Part shown: positions 10,790 to 24,600 of the stretch, one piece after another
Numbering within the stretch: position 1 is the stretch's first letter
Layout: the number at the start of each line of letters is the position of its first letter
Program-made: the position numbers and the translations under genes
The notes under the pieces: model-generated
Told to the model about the DNA's origin: nothing
Databases searched by the model: none
Seen by the model: the letters and a program-made list of their open reading frames with translations, nothing else
Assembly: GCA_964016885.1 (NCBI GenBank)
Contig: OZ024743.1
Coordinates: 98,704,001-98,768,000, forward strand
Direction: 5' to 3'
DNA: 64,000 nt
Source: Eledone cirrhosa
Taxonomy: Eukaryota

Positions 10790-13700
10790 ACCATGCTGTA
10801 AAATGGAGGGGTAGAGAGGGCCCTTGAGTCCAGTAAAACATCCTCTCTAGTGCTGGTGGCACAAATAAAAGCACCCAGTCCATGCTGTAAAATGGCACTG
10901 GTGTTAGGAAGGGCATCCAACCAGTGTATCAATGCCAAAACAATTATCAGCACAGCAACAAGTAGATAGGACAACAAAATATGAAGACGTCGCATCTCAA
11001 AGTTGCAACACGTAATGTTGGCTCTCTCAGAGGTAGATCTGCTGATATAGCGGAGATGCTGGAGAGAAGGCATGTGCATGTGTGCTGCGTGCAAGAGGTG
11101 AGATGGAGAGGTGCCTCTGCAAGACTAGTCATAGGCAAACATCTTAGCTATAAGCTTTTCTGAGTAGGTAAGGATGATGGGTTAGGGGAAGTAGGCATTT
11201 TCCTGGCTGAGAGATGGATCAATAAGATAATAGAGGTAGTTCGAGTTAGTAATCGAATAATTAAGCTTAGATTGACTACTGACAATCATCTCTGCCTATG
11301 CTCCCCCAGCAGGCCTAGGCAAAGATGAGAAAGACTGCTTTTACGAGCAACTTTTACAAATACAAACAACCGCAATGACAGAGGACGGAGACATCGTTAT
11401 ACTAGCAGGGGACTTCAATGGTCATGTTGGACAGCTCCAGAATGGTTACACTGGGGTTCATGGTGGGCATGGTTACGGATCAAGAAATGAAGAAGGAGTG
11501 AGACTTCTTGAATTTTGTGATGCAAGTACACTGACTATTTGCAACACAAACTTCCAGAAACCTGCCAATCACCTAATAACCTACAAATCTGGCGAGCACA
11601 TAAGCCAGATTGACTTCTTACTAGTTAGGCAGCGGTACAGGCTAATACCAAGGCATACCCTGGGGAGGAATGTACCCCACAGCATAGGTTAGTTGTTAGT
11701 GATATCTCAGTAAGCAAGAGATGGAATGAGACATACAAGAAGGTGTGGAGAAGAAAGGTCTGGAAGCTAAAAGACCTTTCACTAAAATACAAATTTAGGA
11801 AAGCTCTTCAAGATGTATATGACGAAAAAGAAGGCGATTTAGAGACGTATGACATAGATAATAACTGGAATTTCTTACGTGACAACTTTCTGCAGGCTAC
11901 TGATGAAACTTGTGGCTGGAGCAGAGCTCCAACCAGACAGAGAGTGACCTGGTGGTGGAACAGCACAGTAGATAAGGCCATTAGAGACAAAAGACTAGCA
12001 TGGAAGGCTTGGAAAAAGGGTGGGAGTAGGGAAGAATATACAGCCACTAAGAGAGAAGCTAGACATCAGGTGTACTTAGCACGCAGGGAGGCTGAGAGTA
12101 GGAGGTTTGCCAATGTTCTGCGACGGGAAGATCAGAGGCATGCAGTCTTCCACATTGCAAGGCAGTGTGTCAATGCAAATCAGGATGTTGTTGGAGATAA
12201 ATGTGTCTGGGATGATGCCGGTGTACTTAGTGTCACGAATGATCAGAAAAAAGAAGGCCTGGAAATGTCATTATGAGAGACTGATGAATGTGGAGAACGA
12301 ATGGGAGAGAGAGAAATTACCCTCAGTAGATCCGACAGAGGGACCAGCTATTAAGATTGACAAATATAGGGTCCAAGAGGCGATTAAGGAAATGAAAAAT
12401 GGTAAGGCTGCTGGACCATCGGGAATAGTTGCTGAGATGCTGAAGGCATCAGGGGACGTAGGCACTAAACTGGTTGCACGCATCATCAATCAGGCTATAT
12501 ATGGTGGTGTCATACCCAAAGACTGGTGCAGCAGTATTCTCATAAATTGCTACAAAGGTAAAGGGGATGCTCTGGAGAGGAGCAATTATAGGGGCATAAA
12601 ACTGATGGATCAGGTTATGAAAGTGGCAGAAAGGATATTAGCACAACTAATTAGAGAAAGGGTCAAACTAGATGAGATGCAGTTTGGTTTTGTGCCTGGG
12701 AAGAATACAACAGATGCCCTCTTCTTGGTGAGACAATTGCAAGAGAGGTTCTTAGAGAAAAATAAGCCACTATACTTAGCCTTTGTTGACCTAAAGAAGA
12801 CCTTTGATAGGGTACGCTGATCTGTCATCTGGTGGTCCCTAAGGAAACTAGGTGTTGAGGAATGGCTTGTGAGGACAGTGCAAACTTTGTACAGAGGTAC
12901 TGTCAGTAAAGTCAGGGTAGGAATGGAGTTTAGTGAGGAATTCCAGATACAAGTAGGAGTACATCAGCCCACTCTTGTTCATTATAGTCCTCCAAGCCAT
13001 AACAGAGGAGTTTAAGACTGGCTGTCCATGGGAACTTCTCTATGCTGACGATCTGGTTCTTATAGCAGAATCAGTAGAGGAGCTAGAGAATAAATTCTGG
13101 CTATGGAAACAGCAGTTGGAAGCAAGAGGACTGAGAGTGAACCTAGCTAAGACAAAGGTGTTGATGAGTAGAAAAGAGGACAAAACTCTGATTCCGTCAG
13201 GGAAATGGCCATGTTCGATTGCAGAAAAGGAACTGGCATAAATTCTATAAAATGCACACAATGCAGATCCTGGGTACACAAGAGATGTAGCAGGATAGCA
13301 GGCAAACTAACAGGTAGCGAGAAATATGTATGCAGTAGATGTACAGGGAAATTAGACAGTAGAAGTCGCATTGATAGACACATTTTTCAAATGCAGGAGG
13401 GTGCTACAGAAGTGGTGGATAGCTTCCGATACCTAGGAGATCAGATTAGCATGGGAGGAGGGTGTTCCGAGGCCATAGTATCTAGAATAAGGATGGGTTG
13501 GAAGAACTTTAGGGAGCTGCTTCCTCTGCTGACGAAGAAGGGTTTCTCCCTGCGTACGAAAGGCCAGTTGTATGATGCCTGTGTGAGGAGCACGATGCTG
13601 CATGGTAATGAGACATGGGCAGCAACTGCAGAGGATATGTGATGGCTGGAGAGAAATGAGGCAAGCATGCTCCATTGGATGTGCAGTGTAAATGTGCGTG

Positions 13701-14037
13701 AACAACCCAGCATGAATGTGTTGAGAGAGAAACTGTGTCTGAGGGGGATAGAATGTAGTGTACGGGAGAGGAGACTGAGGTGGTATGGACATGTGATGCG
13801 CATGGAGGATGACCGAAGGGTGAAGAAGTGCCAGGAAATGCCAGTTGAAGGAAGACGTGGTAGAGGTAGACCACGAAAAACATGGGCGGAGGTGGTGAGA
13901 ACAGACCTCAGATCGTTGAAGCTCACGGTGGAGATGATGAAAGACTGTGACAAGTGGAGAGATGCTGTGCTGAATAAACCCGTCCCACCCTTGCGAGCAG
14001 GGAAGAGCGGACGTAAAATGATGATGATGATGATGAT
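10790..14037 (+). mobile_element. Nearly full-length, disabled RTE-clade LINE (APE endonuclease + reverse transcriptase, (ATG)n tail)
   Basis: Fragmented ORFs from 10981 give the endonuclease motifs NVGSLRGR, VCCVQEVRWRG, AGDFNGHVG and QIDFLLV, and the RT motifs KAAGPSG, NYRGIKL, QFGFVPG, AFVDLKKTFDRV, LYADD and FRYLG. The RTE-type C-terminus reads RRLRWYGHVMRM...RGRGRPRKTW. The 3' tail (ATG)n is at 14018-14037. The 5' boundary is approximate. Confidence 0.95.
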
Positions 14038-14041
14038 ATAA
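10981..14041 (+). pseudogene. LINE EN-RT polyprotein pseudogene
   Basis: In-frame TGA stops at 11161, 12818 and 13640, several frameshifts, and a deletion in the GVHQ(GSVLS)PLLF motif near 12965. Confidence 0.9.
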
Positions 14042-14141
14042 ATATATATATATACACATATATGTATATCTATATATATATATACACATACATACATATA
14101 TATAATTAACAGTCTTTGGTTTTTGTTTCAATATTATAAAT

Positions 14142-14486
14142 ATCATCATCATCATCATCATCATTTTACGTCCGCTTTTCCCTGCTTGCAAGGGTGGGAT
14201 GGGAACTGATTCTGGCTTGATTTCTACAGCTGGATGCCCTTTCTAACACCAACCTCATTTACAGTGAGTGCTGGGTGCTTTTTTGCCGTGGCACCTCCAC
14301 GACCACTTTGCTGTGGAATGATAAGGATCCCAGTCCTATCATCTCATTTCTACAGCTGAGTTAACTGGAGCAATGTGAAATAAAGAGTCTTGCTCAAGGA
14401 AACAACACATCACCCAGTCTGGGAATTGAACTCACAACCTTTCGATTGCAAGGCCAATGTTCTAACCACTAAGCCATGTGCCTCCA
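14142..14486 (-). mobile_element. Full-length tRNA-derived SINE with central domain and bipartite RTE-derived 3' half
   Basis: On the minus strand: A box tggcttagtgg (14466-76), B box gagttcaattcc (14422-33), central gttgtttccttgagcaagactcttt...ctcagctg domain (V/Meta-like by recollection), a segment resembling the LINE 5'UTR (about 14225-14295), then the LINE-like 3' tail and (ATG)n. Confidence 0.85.
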
Positions 14487-14494
14487 CCACATAT

Positions 14495-14726
<232 letters not shown>

Positions 14727-15348
14727 TCTAACAGTTATTTATTTACCTTTTATATTATAATCACATTTATCAGACTTTCATGGTGTCAGCATTATTTCAA
14801 TTGGTGAGATAAACAAAAAGAGAAAAATCAAGTTGAGGTACAGATAATAGCAAAAAGGAATTTTACTATGTATTTCTTTCATGGGAATCGTATAAAATGG
14901 TTTATAAGAATCTTTTATTGATTTATGTTTAGAACTTTGGTAGTGATGAACACATTAGTGTCGACAAATCTATGTTTTAACCCTCAACTTAATTCCTTGT
15001 AGCCATTACATTAATGTTTTCTTGAAATCATCTTGAGAAAAGGGAGAAATGTAATACAATTTAATTTCTCTTCTCCCCATAATTATGACAACTTTTATTC
15101 AATTATACTCCTCCTATAGGTTTCAGTCATTGGACTGTGGCCATACTGAGGCACTCTTTACAATGGTTTTAGTTGATTATATTGATCATCAGTGCTTTCT
15201 CAGGTAACTGAGTTGAAATGAGATACCACAAATTACTTTGTTAAACACATTGATTTTGCTATCGCACATCGATACACACATACACATATATATGTACATG
15301 GATACACAAACACATATATTTGTACATGTATATGTACACACACATATA

Positions 15349-15448
15349 CAGGTTGTCCAAAAAAATGTATACACACTTCAACAGCATTCTAACAAATATT
15401 GCCTGTAAAGGTAATCGGAGTGTGTATATATAATTTGGGGACACCCTG
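15349..15448. mobile_element. 100-bp Tc1/mariner-type MITE
   Basis: TA|caggttgtccaaaaaaatgtatacacact ... agtgtgtatatataatttggggacaccctg|TA: imperfect TIRs of about 30 bp and a TA duplication. Confidence 0.8.
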
Positions 15449-15625
15449 TATCTTTATATAATATATAATTAAAAGAATGTCTGTCATAACTACTGGTACT
15501 GCATCCACAATACTAACTGAAATGAACCAAAGCTAGTTACCATCATTTCTTCTTTTTATGTATGCATCATCCAATATGTCCTTGTTTGATGACATGATGT
15601 GATTGAGGTGAGAATTTGCTATTAA

Positions 15626-18600
15626 TTCTAGAAGGTTGAACCACTGTATAGATCAGTGGTTCTAGAAGGTTGAACCATATAGAGCAGTGGTTCTAGAAGG
15701 TTGAACCATATAGATCAGTGGTTCTAGAAGGTTGAACAACTGTATAGAGCAGTGGTTCTGGAAGGTTGAACAAATGTATAGAGCAGTGGTCCTAGAAGGT
15801 TGAACCATATAGAGCAGTGGTTCTAGAAGGTTGAACCATATAGATCAGAGGTTCTAAAATGTTGAACAACTGTATAGAGCAGAGGTTCTAGAAGGTTGAA
15901 CCACTCTATAGATCAGTGGTTCTAGAAGGTTGAACCACTCTATCGAGCAGTGGTTCAAGAAGTTTCAACCACTGTATAGATCAGTGATTCTAGAATGTTG
16001 AACCATATAGATCAGTGGTTCTAGAAGGTTGAACCACTGTGTAGAACAGTGGTTCTAGAAGGTTGAACCATATAGATCAATGGTTCTAGAAGGTTGAACC
16101 ATATAGAGCAGTGGTTCTAGAAGGTTGAACCATATAGATCAGTGGTTCTAGAAGGTTGAACCACTGTATAGAGCAGTGGTTCTAGAAGGTTGAACGGCTG
16201 TATAGAGCAGTGGTTCTAGAAGGTTGAACCACTGTATAGATCAGTGGTTCTAGACGGTTGAACCACTGTATAGAGCAGTGGTTCTAGAAGGTTGAACCAT
16301 ATAGATCAGTGGTTCTAGAAGGTTGAAACATATAGATCAGTGGTGCTATAAGGTTGAACAACTGTATAGAGAAGTGGTTCTAGAAGGTTGAACCATATAG
16401 AGCAGTGGTTCTAGATGGGTGAGACATATAAAGCAGTGGTTCTAGAAAGTTGAATCACTATAGAGCAGTGGTTCTAGAAGGTTGAACCACTGTATAGAGC
16501 AGTGGTTCAAGAAGGTTGAACCACTGTATAGAGCAGTGGTTCAAGAAGGTTGAACCACTGTATAGAGCAGTGGTTCAAGAAAGTTGAACCACTGTAGAGA
16601 GCAGTGGTTCTAGAAGGTTGAACCATATAGAGCAGTGGTTCAAGAATGTTGAACCACTGTATAGAGCAGTGGTTCTAGATGGATGAACCATTGTATAGAG
16701 CAGTGGTACAAGGAGGTTGAACCATTTTTATAGAGCAGTGGTCTTAGAAAGTTGAACCAGTGTATAGAGCAGTGGTTCTGCCAGGTTGAACCACTGTATA
16801 GATCAGTGGTTCTAGAAGGTTGAACCATATAGAGCAGTGGTTCTAGAAGGTTGAACCACAATATAGAGCAGTAGTTCTAGAAGGTTGAACCATATAGAGC
16901 AGTGATTCCAAAAGGGTGAACCACTGAATAGAGCAGTGGTACTAGAAGGGTGAACCACTCTATAGAGCAGTAGTTCTAGAAAGTTAAACCATATAGATCA
17001 GTGGTTCTAGAAGGTTGAACCATTGTATAGAGCAGTGGTTCAAAAAGGTTGAACAACTGTATAGAGCAGTGGTTCTAGAAGGTTGAAACATATAGATCAG
17101 TGGTTCTAGAAGGTTGAACCATATAGAGCAGTGGTTCAAGAATGTTGAACCACTGTATAGAGCAGTGGTTCTAGAAGGTTGAACAACTGTATAGAGCAGT
17201 GGTTCTAGATGGTTGAACCACTGTATAGAGCAGTGGTTCAAGAAGGTTGAACCACCGTATAGAGCAGTGGTTTTAGAAGGTTGAGCCACTGTATAGAGCA
17301 GTGGTTCTAGAACGTTGAACCATATAGAGCAGTGGTTCTAGAAGGTTGAAACACTGTATAGATCAGTGGTTCTAGAAGGTTGAACCATATAGATCAGTGG
17401 TTATAGAAGGTTGAACCACTGTATAGATCAGTGGTTCTAGAAGGTTGAACCACTGTATAGAGCAGTGGTTCTAGAACGTTGAACCATATAGAGCAGTGGT
17501 TCTAGAAGGTTGAACCATATAGAGCAGTGGTTCAAGAAGTTTGAACCACTGTATAGAGCAGTGGTTCTAGAAGCTTGAACCATATAGATCAGTGGTTCTA
17601 AAATGTTGAACAACTGTATAGAGAAGTGGTTCTAGAAGGTTTAACCACTCTACAGATCAGAGGTTCTAGAAGGTTGAACCACTGTATAGAACAGTGGTTC
17701 TAGGAGGTTGAACCATATAGATCAATGGTTCTAGAAGGTTGAAACATATAGAGCAGTGGTTCCAGAAGGTTGAACCATTGTATAGAGCAGTGGTTCTAGA
17801 AGGTTGAACCGCTATATAGAGCAGTGGTTAAAGAAGGTTGAACCACTGTATAGATCAGTGGTTCTAGACGGTTGAACCACTGTATAGAGCAGTGGTTCTA
17901 GAACGTTGAACCATATAGATCAGTGGTTCTAGAAGGTTGAAACATATAGATTAGTGGTTCTATAAGGTTGAACCACTGTATAGAGCAGTGGTTTTAGAAG
18001 GTTGAACCATATAGAGCAGTGGTTCTAAAGGTTGAACCACTGTATAGAGCAGTGGATCTAGAAGGTTGAACCATATAGAGGAGTGGTTCAAGAAGGTTGA
18101 ACCACGGTATAGAGCAGTGGTTTAAGAAAGTTGAACCACTCTATAGAGCAGTTGTTCTAGAAGGTTGAACAACTGTATAGAGCAGTAGATCTAGAAGGTT
18201 GGACCATATAGAGCAGTGGTTCTAGAAGGTTGAACCATATAGAGCAGTGGTTAAAGAAGGATGAACCACTGTATAGAGCAGTGGTTCTAGAAGGTTGTAC
18301 AACTGTATAGAGCAGTCGTTCTAGATGGTTGAACCACTGTATAGAGCAGCTTCTCTAGAAGGTTGAACCACCGTATAGAGTAGTGGTTTTAGAAGGTTGA
18401 ACCACTTTATAGAGCAGTGGTTCTAGAACGTTGAACCATATAGAGTAGTGGTTCTAGAAGGTTGAAAGACTATATACATCAGTGTTTCTAGAAGGTTGAA
18501 CAATATAGATCAGTGGTTATAGAAGCTTGAACCACTGTATAGATCAGTGGTTCTAGAAGGTTGAACAACTGTATAGAGCAGTGGGTCTATAATGGTGAAC

Positions 18601-21600
18601 CACTCTATGGAGCAGTGGTTCTAGAAGGTTGAACCACTGTATAGAGCAGTGGTTCTAGAATGTTTAACCATATAGAGCAGCTTCTCTAGAAGGTTGAACC
18701 ACTGTATAGAGCAGTGGTTCTAGAAGGTTGAACCATATAGAGCAGTGGTTCAAGAAGATTGAACCACTGTATACAGCAGTGATTCAAGAAGGTTGAACCC
18801 CAGTATAGAGCAGTGGTTCTAGAAGGTTGAACTACTCTATAGAGCAGTGGTTCTAGAAGGTTGAACCACTCTATAGAGCAGTGGTTCTAGAAGGTTGAAT
18901 CATATAGAGCAGTGGTTCAAGAAGGTTGAAAGACTGTATAGAGCAGTGCTACTAGAAGGGTGAACCACTATAGAGCAGTGGTTCTAGAAGGTTGAACCAT
19001 ATAGATCAGGGTTTCTAGAAGGCTGAACTATATAGAGCAGTGGTTTTAGAAGGTTCAACCACTCTATAGAGCAGTTGTTCTAGAAGGTTGAACAACTGTA
19101 TAGAGCAGTGGTTCTAGAAGGTTGAACCACTGTATAGATAAGTGGTTCGAGAATGTTGAAGCATATAGAACAGTGGTTCTGGAAGGTTGAACCTATCTAT
19201 AGATCAGTGGTTCTAGAATGTTGAATCATATAGATCACTGGTTCTAGAAGGTTGACCCACTGCATAGAGCAGTGGTTCTAGAAGGGTGAACCACTGTATA
19301 GAGCAGTGGTTCAAGAAGGTTGAACCACTCTATAGAACAGTGGTTCTAGAAGGTTGAACCACTATATAGAGCAGTGGTACTAGAAGGTCGAACCACTGTA
19401 TAGATCGGTGGTTCTAGAAGGTGGAACCACTGTATAGAGCAGTGGTTCTAGAAGGTTAAACTACTCTATAGAGCAGTGGTTCTAGAAGGTAGAACCATAT
19501 AAAGCAGTGGTTCTAGAAGGTTGAACAACTGTATAGAGTAGTGGTTCTAGAATGTTGAACCACTGTATAGAGCAGTGGTTCTAGAATGTTGAACAACTGT
19601 ATAGAGCAGTGGTTCTAGAAGGTTGACCTATATATATCAGTGGTTTTCAAAGGGTGAACCACTGTATAGAGCAGTGGTTCTAGAAAGTTGAACCATATAG
19701 AGCAGTGGTTTTCAAAGGGTGAACCACTGTATAGAGCAGTGGTTTTCAAAGGGTGAACCACTGTATAGAGCAGTGGTTCTAGAAAGTTGAACCATATAGA
19801 GCAGTGATTCCAGAAGTTTGAACCACTGCATAGATCAGTGGTTCTAGAAGGTTGAATCATATAGATCAGTGGTTTTAGAAGGTTGAACCACTCTACAGAG
19901 CAGTGGTTCAAGAAGGTTGAACCACTGTATAGAGCAGTGGTTCTAGAAGGTTGAACCACTGCATAGAGCAGTGGTTCAAGCAGTTTAAACCACCGTATAG
20001 AGCAGTGGGTTTAAAAGGTTGAACCACTCTATAGATCACTGGTTCTAGAAGGTTGAACCATATAGATTAGTGGTTCTAGAAGGTTGAACCACTGTATAGA
20101 GCAGTGGTTCGAGAAGGGTGAACCACTCTATAGGGCAGTGGTTCTAGAAGGTTGAACCACTGTATAGATCAGTGATTCTAGAAGGTTGAACCACTGTATA
20201 GAGCAGTGGTTCTGAAGGTTGAATTATATAGAGCAGTGGTTCTAGAAGGTTGAACCATATAGAGCAGTTGTTCTAGAAGGTTGAACCACTGAATAGAGCA
20301 GTGGTTCAAGAAGGTTGAACCACTGTATAGAGCAGTGGTTCTAGAAGGTTGAACCACCGTATAGAGCAGTGGTTTTAGAAGCTTGAACCACTGTATAGAT
20401 CAGTGGTTCTTGAAGGTTGAACTATATACATCAGTGGTTCTAGAAGATTGAACTACTGTATAGAACAGTGGTTCTAGAAGGGTGAACCACTCCATAGAGC
20501 AGTGGTTCTAGAAGGGTGAACCACTCTATGGAGCAGTGGTTCTAGAAGGTTGAACCACTGTATAGATCAATGGTCCTAGAAGGATGAACCATATAGATCT
20601 GTGGTTATAGAAGGTTGAACCACTGTATAGATCAGTGGTTCTAGAAGCTTGAACCACTGTATAGAGCAGTCATTCTAGAAGGGTGAAACACTCTATAGAG
20701 CAGTGGTTCTAGAAGGTTGAACCATATAGAGCAGTGGTTCAAGAAGGTTGAACCACTGTATAGAGCAGTGGGTCTAGAAGGTTGAACCATATAGATCAGT
20801 GGTTCTAGAAGGTTGAACCACTGTTTAGAGCAATGGTTCTAGAAGGTTGAACCACTGTATAGATCAGTGGTTCTAGAAGGTTGAACCACTGTATAGAACA
20901 GTGGTTCTAGGAGGTTGAACCGTATAGATCAATGGTTCTAGAAGGTTGAACCATATAGAGCAGTGGTTCTAGAAGGTTGAACCATATTGAGCAGTGGTTC
21001 TAGAAGGTTCAACAACTGTATAGAGCAGTGGTTCTAGATGGTTGAACCACTGTATAGATCAGTGGATCTAGAAGGTTGAACCATATAGATCAGTGGTTCT
21101 AGAAGGTTGAACCACTGTATAGAGCAGTAGTTCTACAAGGTTGAACCGCTGTATAGAGCAGTGATTAAAGAAGGTTGAACCACTGTATAGATCAGTGGTT
21201 CTAGACGGTTTAACCACTGTATAGAGCAGTGGTTCTAGAAGGTTGAACCATATAGATCAGTGGTTCTAGAAGGTTGAAACATATAGATTAGTGGTTCTAT
21301 AAGGTTGAACCACTGTATAGAGCAGTGGTTTTAGAAGGATGAACCATATAGAGCAGTGGTTCTAGAAGGTTGAACCACTGTATAGAGCAGTGGATCTAGA
21401 AGGTTGAACCATATAGAGCAGTGGTTCAAGAAGGTTGAACCACTTTATAGAGCAGTGGTTCTAGAACGTTGAACGATATAGAGCAGTGGTTCTAGAAGGT
21501 TGAAAGACTATATACATCAGTGGTTCTAGAAGGTTGAACAATATAGATCAGTGGTTATAGAAGCTTGAACCACTGTATAGATCAGTGGTTCTAGAAGGTT

Positions 21601-24600
21601 GAACAACTGTATAGAGCAGTGGGTCTATAAGGGTGAACCACTCTATAGAGCAGTGGTTCTAGAATGTTTAACCATATAGAGCAGCTTCTCTAGAAGGTTG
21701 AACCACTGTATAGAACAGTGGTTCTAGAAGGTTGAACCATATAGAGCAGTGGTTCAAGAAGATTGAACCACTGTATAGAGCAGTGATTCAAGAAGGTTGA
21801 ACCCCCGTATAGAGCAGTGGTTCTAGAAGGTTGAACCACTCTATAGAGCAGTGGTTCTAGAAGGATGAACCACTCTATAGAGCAGTGGTTCTAGAAGGTT
21901 GAATCATATAGAGCAGTGGTTCAAGAAGGTTGAAAGACTGTATAGAGCAGTGGTACTAGAGGGGTGAACCAATCTATAGAGCAGTGGTTCTAAAAGGTTG
22001 AACCATATAGATCAGGGGTTCTAGAAGGCTGAACTATATAGAGCAGTGGTTTAGAAGGTTCAACCACTCTATAGAGCAGTTGTTCTAGAAGGTTGAACAA
22101 CTGCATAGAGCAGTGGTTCTAGAAGGTTGAACCACTGTATAGAACAGTGGTTCTAGGAGGTTGAACCATATAGATCAATGGTTCTAGAAGGTTGAACCAT
22201 ATAGAGCAGTGGTTCTAGAAGGTTGAACCATATTGAGCAGTGGGTCTAGAAGGTTGAACAACTGTATAGAGCAGTGGTTCTAGATGGTTGAACCACTGTA
22301 TAGATCAGTGGGTCTAGAAGGTTGAACCATATAGATCAGTGGTTCTAGAAGTTTGAACCACTGTATAGAGCAGTAGTTCTAGAAGTTTGAACCGCTGTAT
22401 AGAGCAGTGGTTAAAGAAGGTTGAACCACTGTATAGATCAGTGGTTCTAGAAGGTTGAAACATATAGATTAGTGGTTCTATAAGTTTGAACCACTGTATA
22501 GAGCAGTGGTTTTAGAAGGTTGAACCATATAGAGCAGTGGTCCTAGAAGGTTGAACCACTGTATAGAGCAGTGGATCTAGAAGGTTGAACCATATAGAGC
22601 AGTGGTTCAAGAAGGTTGAACCACTTTATAGAGCAGTGGTTCTAGAACGTTGAACGATATAGAGCAGTGGTTCTAGAAGGTTGAAAGACTATATACATCA
22701 GTGGTTCTAGAAGGTTGAACAATATAGATCAGTGGTTATAGAAGCTTGAACCACTGTATAGATCAGTGGTTCTAGAAGGTTGAACAACTGTATAGAGCAG
22801 TGGGTCTATAAGGGTGAACCACTCTATCGAACAGTGGTTATAGAAGGTTGAACCACTGTATAGAGCAGTGGTTCTAGAATGTTTAACCATATAGAGCAAC
22901 TTCTCTAGAAGGTTGAACCACTGTATAGAGCAGTGGTTCTAGAAGGTTGAACCATATAGAGCAGTGGTTCAAGAAGATTGAACCACTGTATAGAGCAGTG
23001 ATTCAAGAAGGTTGAACCCCGTATAGAGCAGTGGTTCTAGAAGGTTGAACCACTCTATAGAGCAGTGGTTCTAGAAGGTTGAACCACTCTATAGAGCAGT
23101 GGTTCTAGAAGGTTGAATCATATAGAGCAGTGGTTCAAGAAGGTTGAAAGACTGTATAGAGCAGTGGTACTAGAAGGGTGAACCACTCTATAGAGCAGTG
23201 GTTCTAGAAGGTTGAACCATATAGATCAGGGGTTCTAGAAGGCTGAACTATATAGAGCAGTGGTTTTAGAATTTTCAACCACTCTATAGAGCAGTTGGTC
23301 TAGAAGGTTGAACAACTGTATAGAGCAGTGGTTCTAGAAGGTTGAACCACTGTATAGATCAGTGGTTCGAGAATGTTGAACCATATAGAACAGTGGTTCT
23401 GGAAGGTTGAACCTATCTATAGTTCAGTGGTTCTAGAATGTTGAACCATATACATCAGTGGTTCTAGAAGTTTGACCCACTGCATAGAGCAGTGGTTCTA
23501 GAAGGTTGAATCATATAGATCAGTGGTTTTAGAAGGTTGATCCATTCTATAGAGCAGTGGTTCAAGAAGGTTGAACCACTGCATAGAGCAGTGGTTCAAG
23601 CACTTTAAACCACCGTATAGAGCAGTGGTTCTAGAAGGTTGAACCGCTATATAGAGCAGTGGTTAAAGAAGGTTGAACCACTGTATAGATCAGTAGATCT
23701 AGACGGTTGAACCACTGTATAAAGCAGTGGTTCTAGAAGGTTGAACCATATAGATCAGTGGTTCTAGAAGGTTGAACTGCTCTATAGAGCAGTGGTTCTA
23801 GAAGGTTGAACCATATAGATCAGTGGTTCTAGAAGGTTGAACAAACTGTATAGAGCATTGGTTCTGGAAGGTTGAACAACTGTATAGAGCAGTGGTCCTA
23901 GAAGTTTGAGCCATATAGAGCAGTGGTTCTAGAAGGTTGAACCATATAGATGAGAGGTTCTAAAATGTTGAACAACTGTATAGAGCAGAGGTTCTAGACG
24001 GTTGAACCAATCTATAGATCAGTGGTTCTAGATGGTTGAATCACTGTATAGAACAGTGGTTCTAGAAGGTTGAACCATATAGATCAATGGTTCTAGAAGG
24101 TTGAACCATATAGAGCAGTGGTTCTAGAAGTGTTGAACCATATAGATCAATGATTCTAGAAGGTTGAACCACTGTATAGAGCAGTGGTTCTAGAAGGTTG
24201 AACCGCTGTATAGAGCAGTGGTTCTAGAAGGTTGAAACATATAGATCAGTGGTTCTAGAAGGTTGAACCATATAGAGCAGTGGTTCAAGAAGGTTGAACC
24301 ACTGTATAGAGCAGTGGTTTTAGAAGGTTGAACAACTGTATAGAGCAGTGGTTCTAGAAGGTTGAAACATATAAATCAGTGGTTCTAGAAAGTTGAACCA
24401 TATATATCAGTGGTTCAAGAAGGTTGAACCCCTGTACAGAGCAGTGGTTCTAGAAGGTTGAACAACTGTATAGAGCAGTGGTTCTAGATGGTTGAACAAC
24501 TGTATAGAGCAGTGGTTCAAGAAGGTTGAACCACCGTATAGAGCAGTGGTTTTAGAAGGTTGAACCACTTTATAGAGCAGTGGTTCTAGAACGTTGAACC

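Noticed and set aside
10790-10900. HDV-like ribozyme in the RTE 5'UTR
   Set aside because: A tagagagg/cctctcta hairpin and a duplicated ccatgctgtaaaatgg are present, but I could not build the nested double pseudoknot; a motif search such as RNArobo would be needed.
13433-14191. Long minus-strand ORFs (252, 218 and 124 aa)
   Set aside because: They are antisense shadows of the LINE C-terminus, extended through microsatellite and the SINE tail.
14410-14486. Functional tRNA gene
   Set aside because: A and B boxes are present but I could not form a clean cloverleaf, and the sequence continues into a SINE body and tail.
15105-15190. Degenerate SINE fragment (tttcagtcattggactgtggccatactg)
   Set aside because: It resembles a repeat I recall, but it is too short and decayed to support from this window alone.
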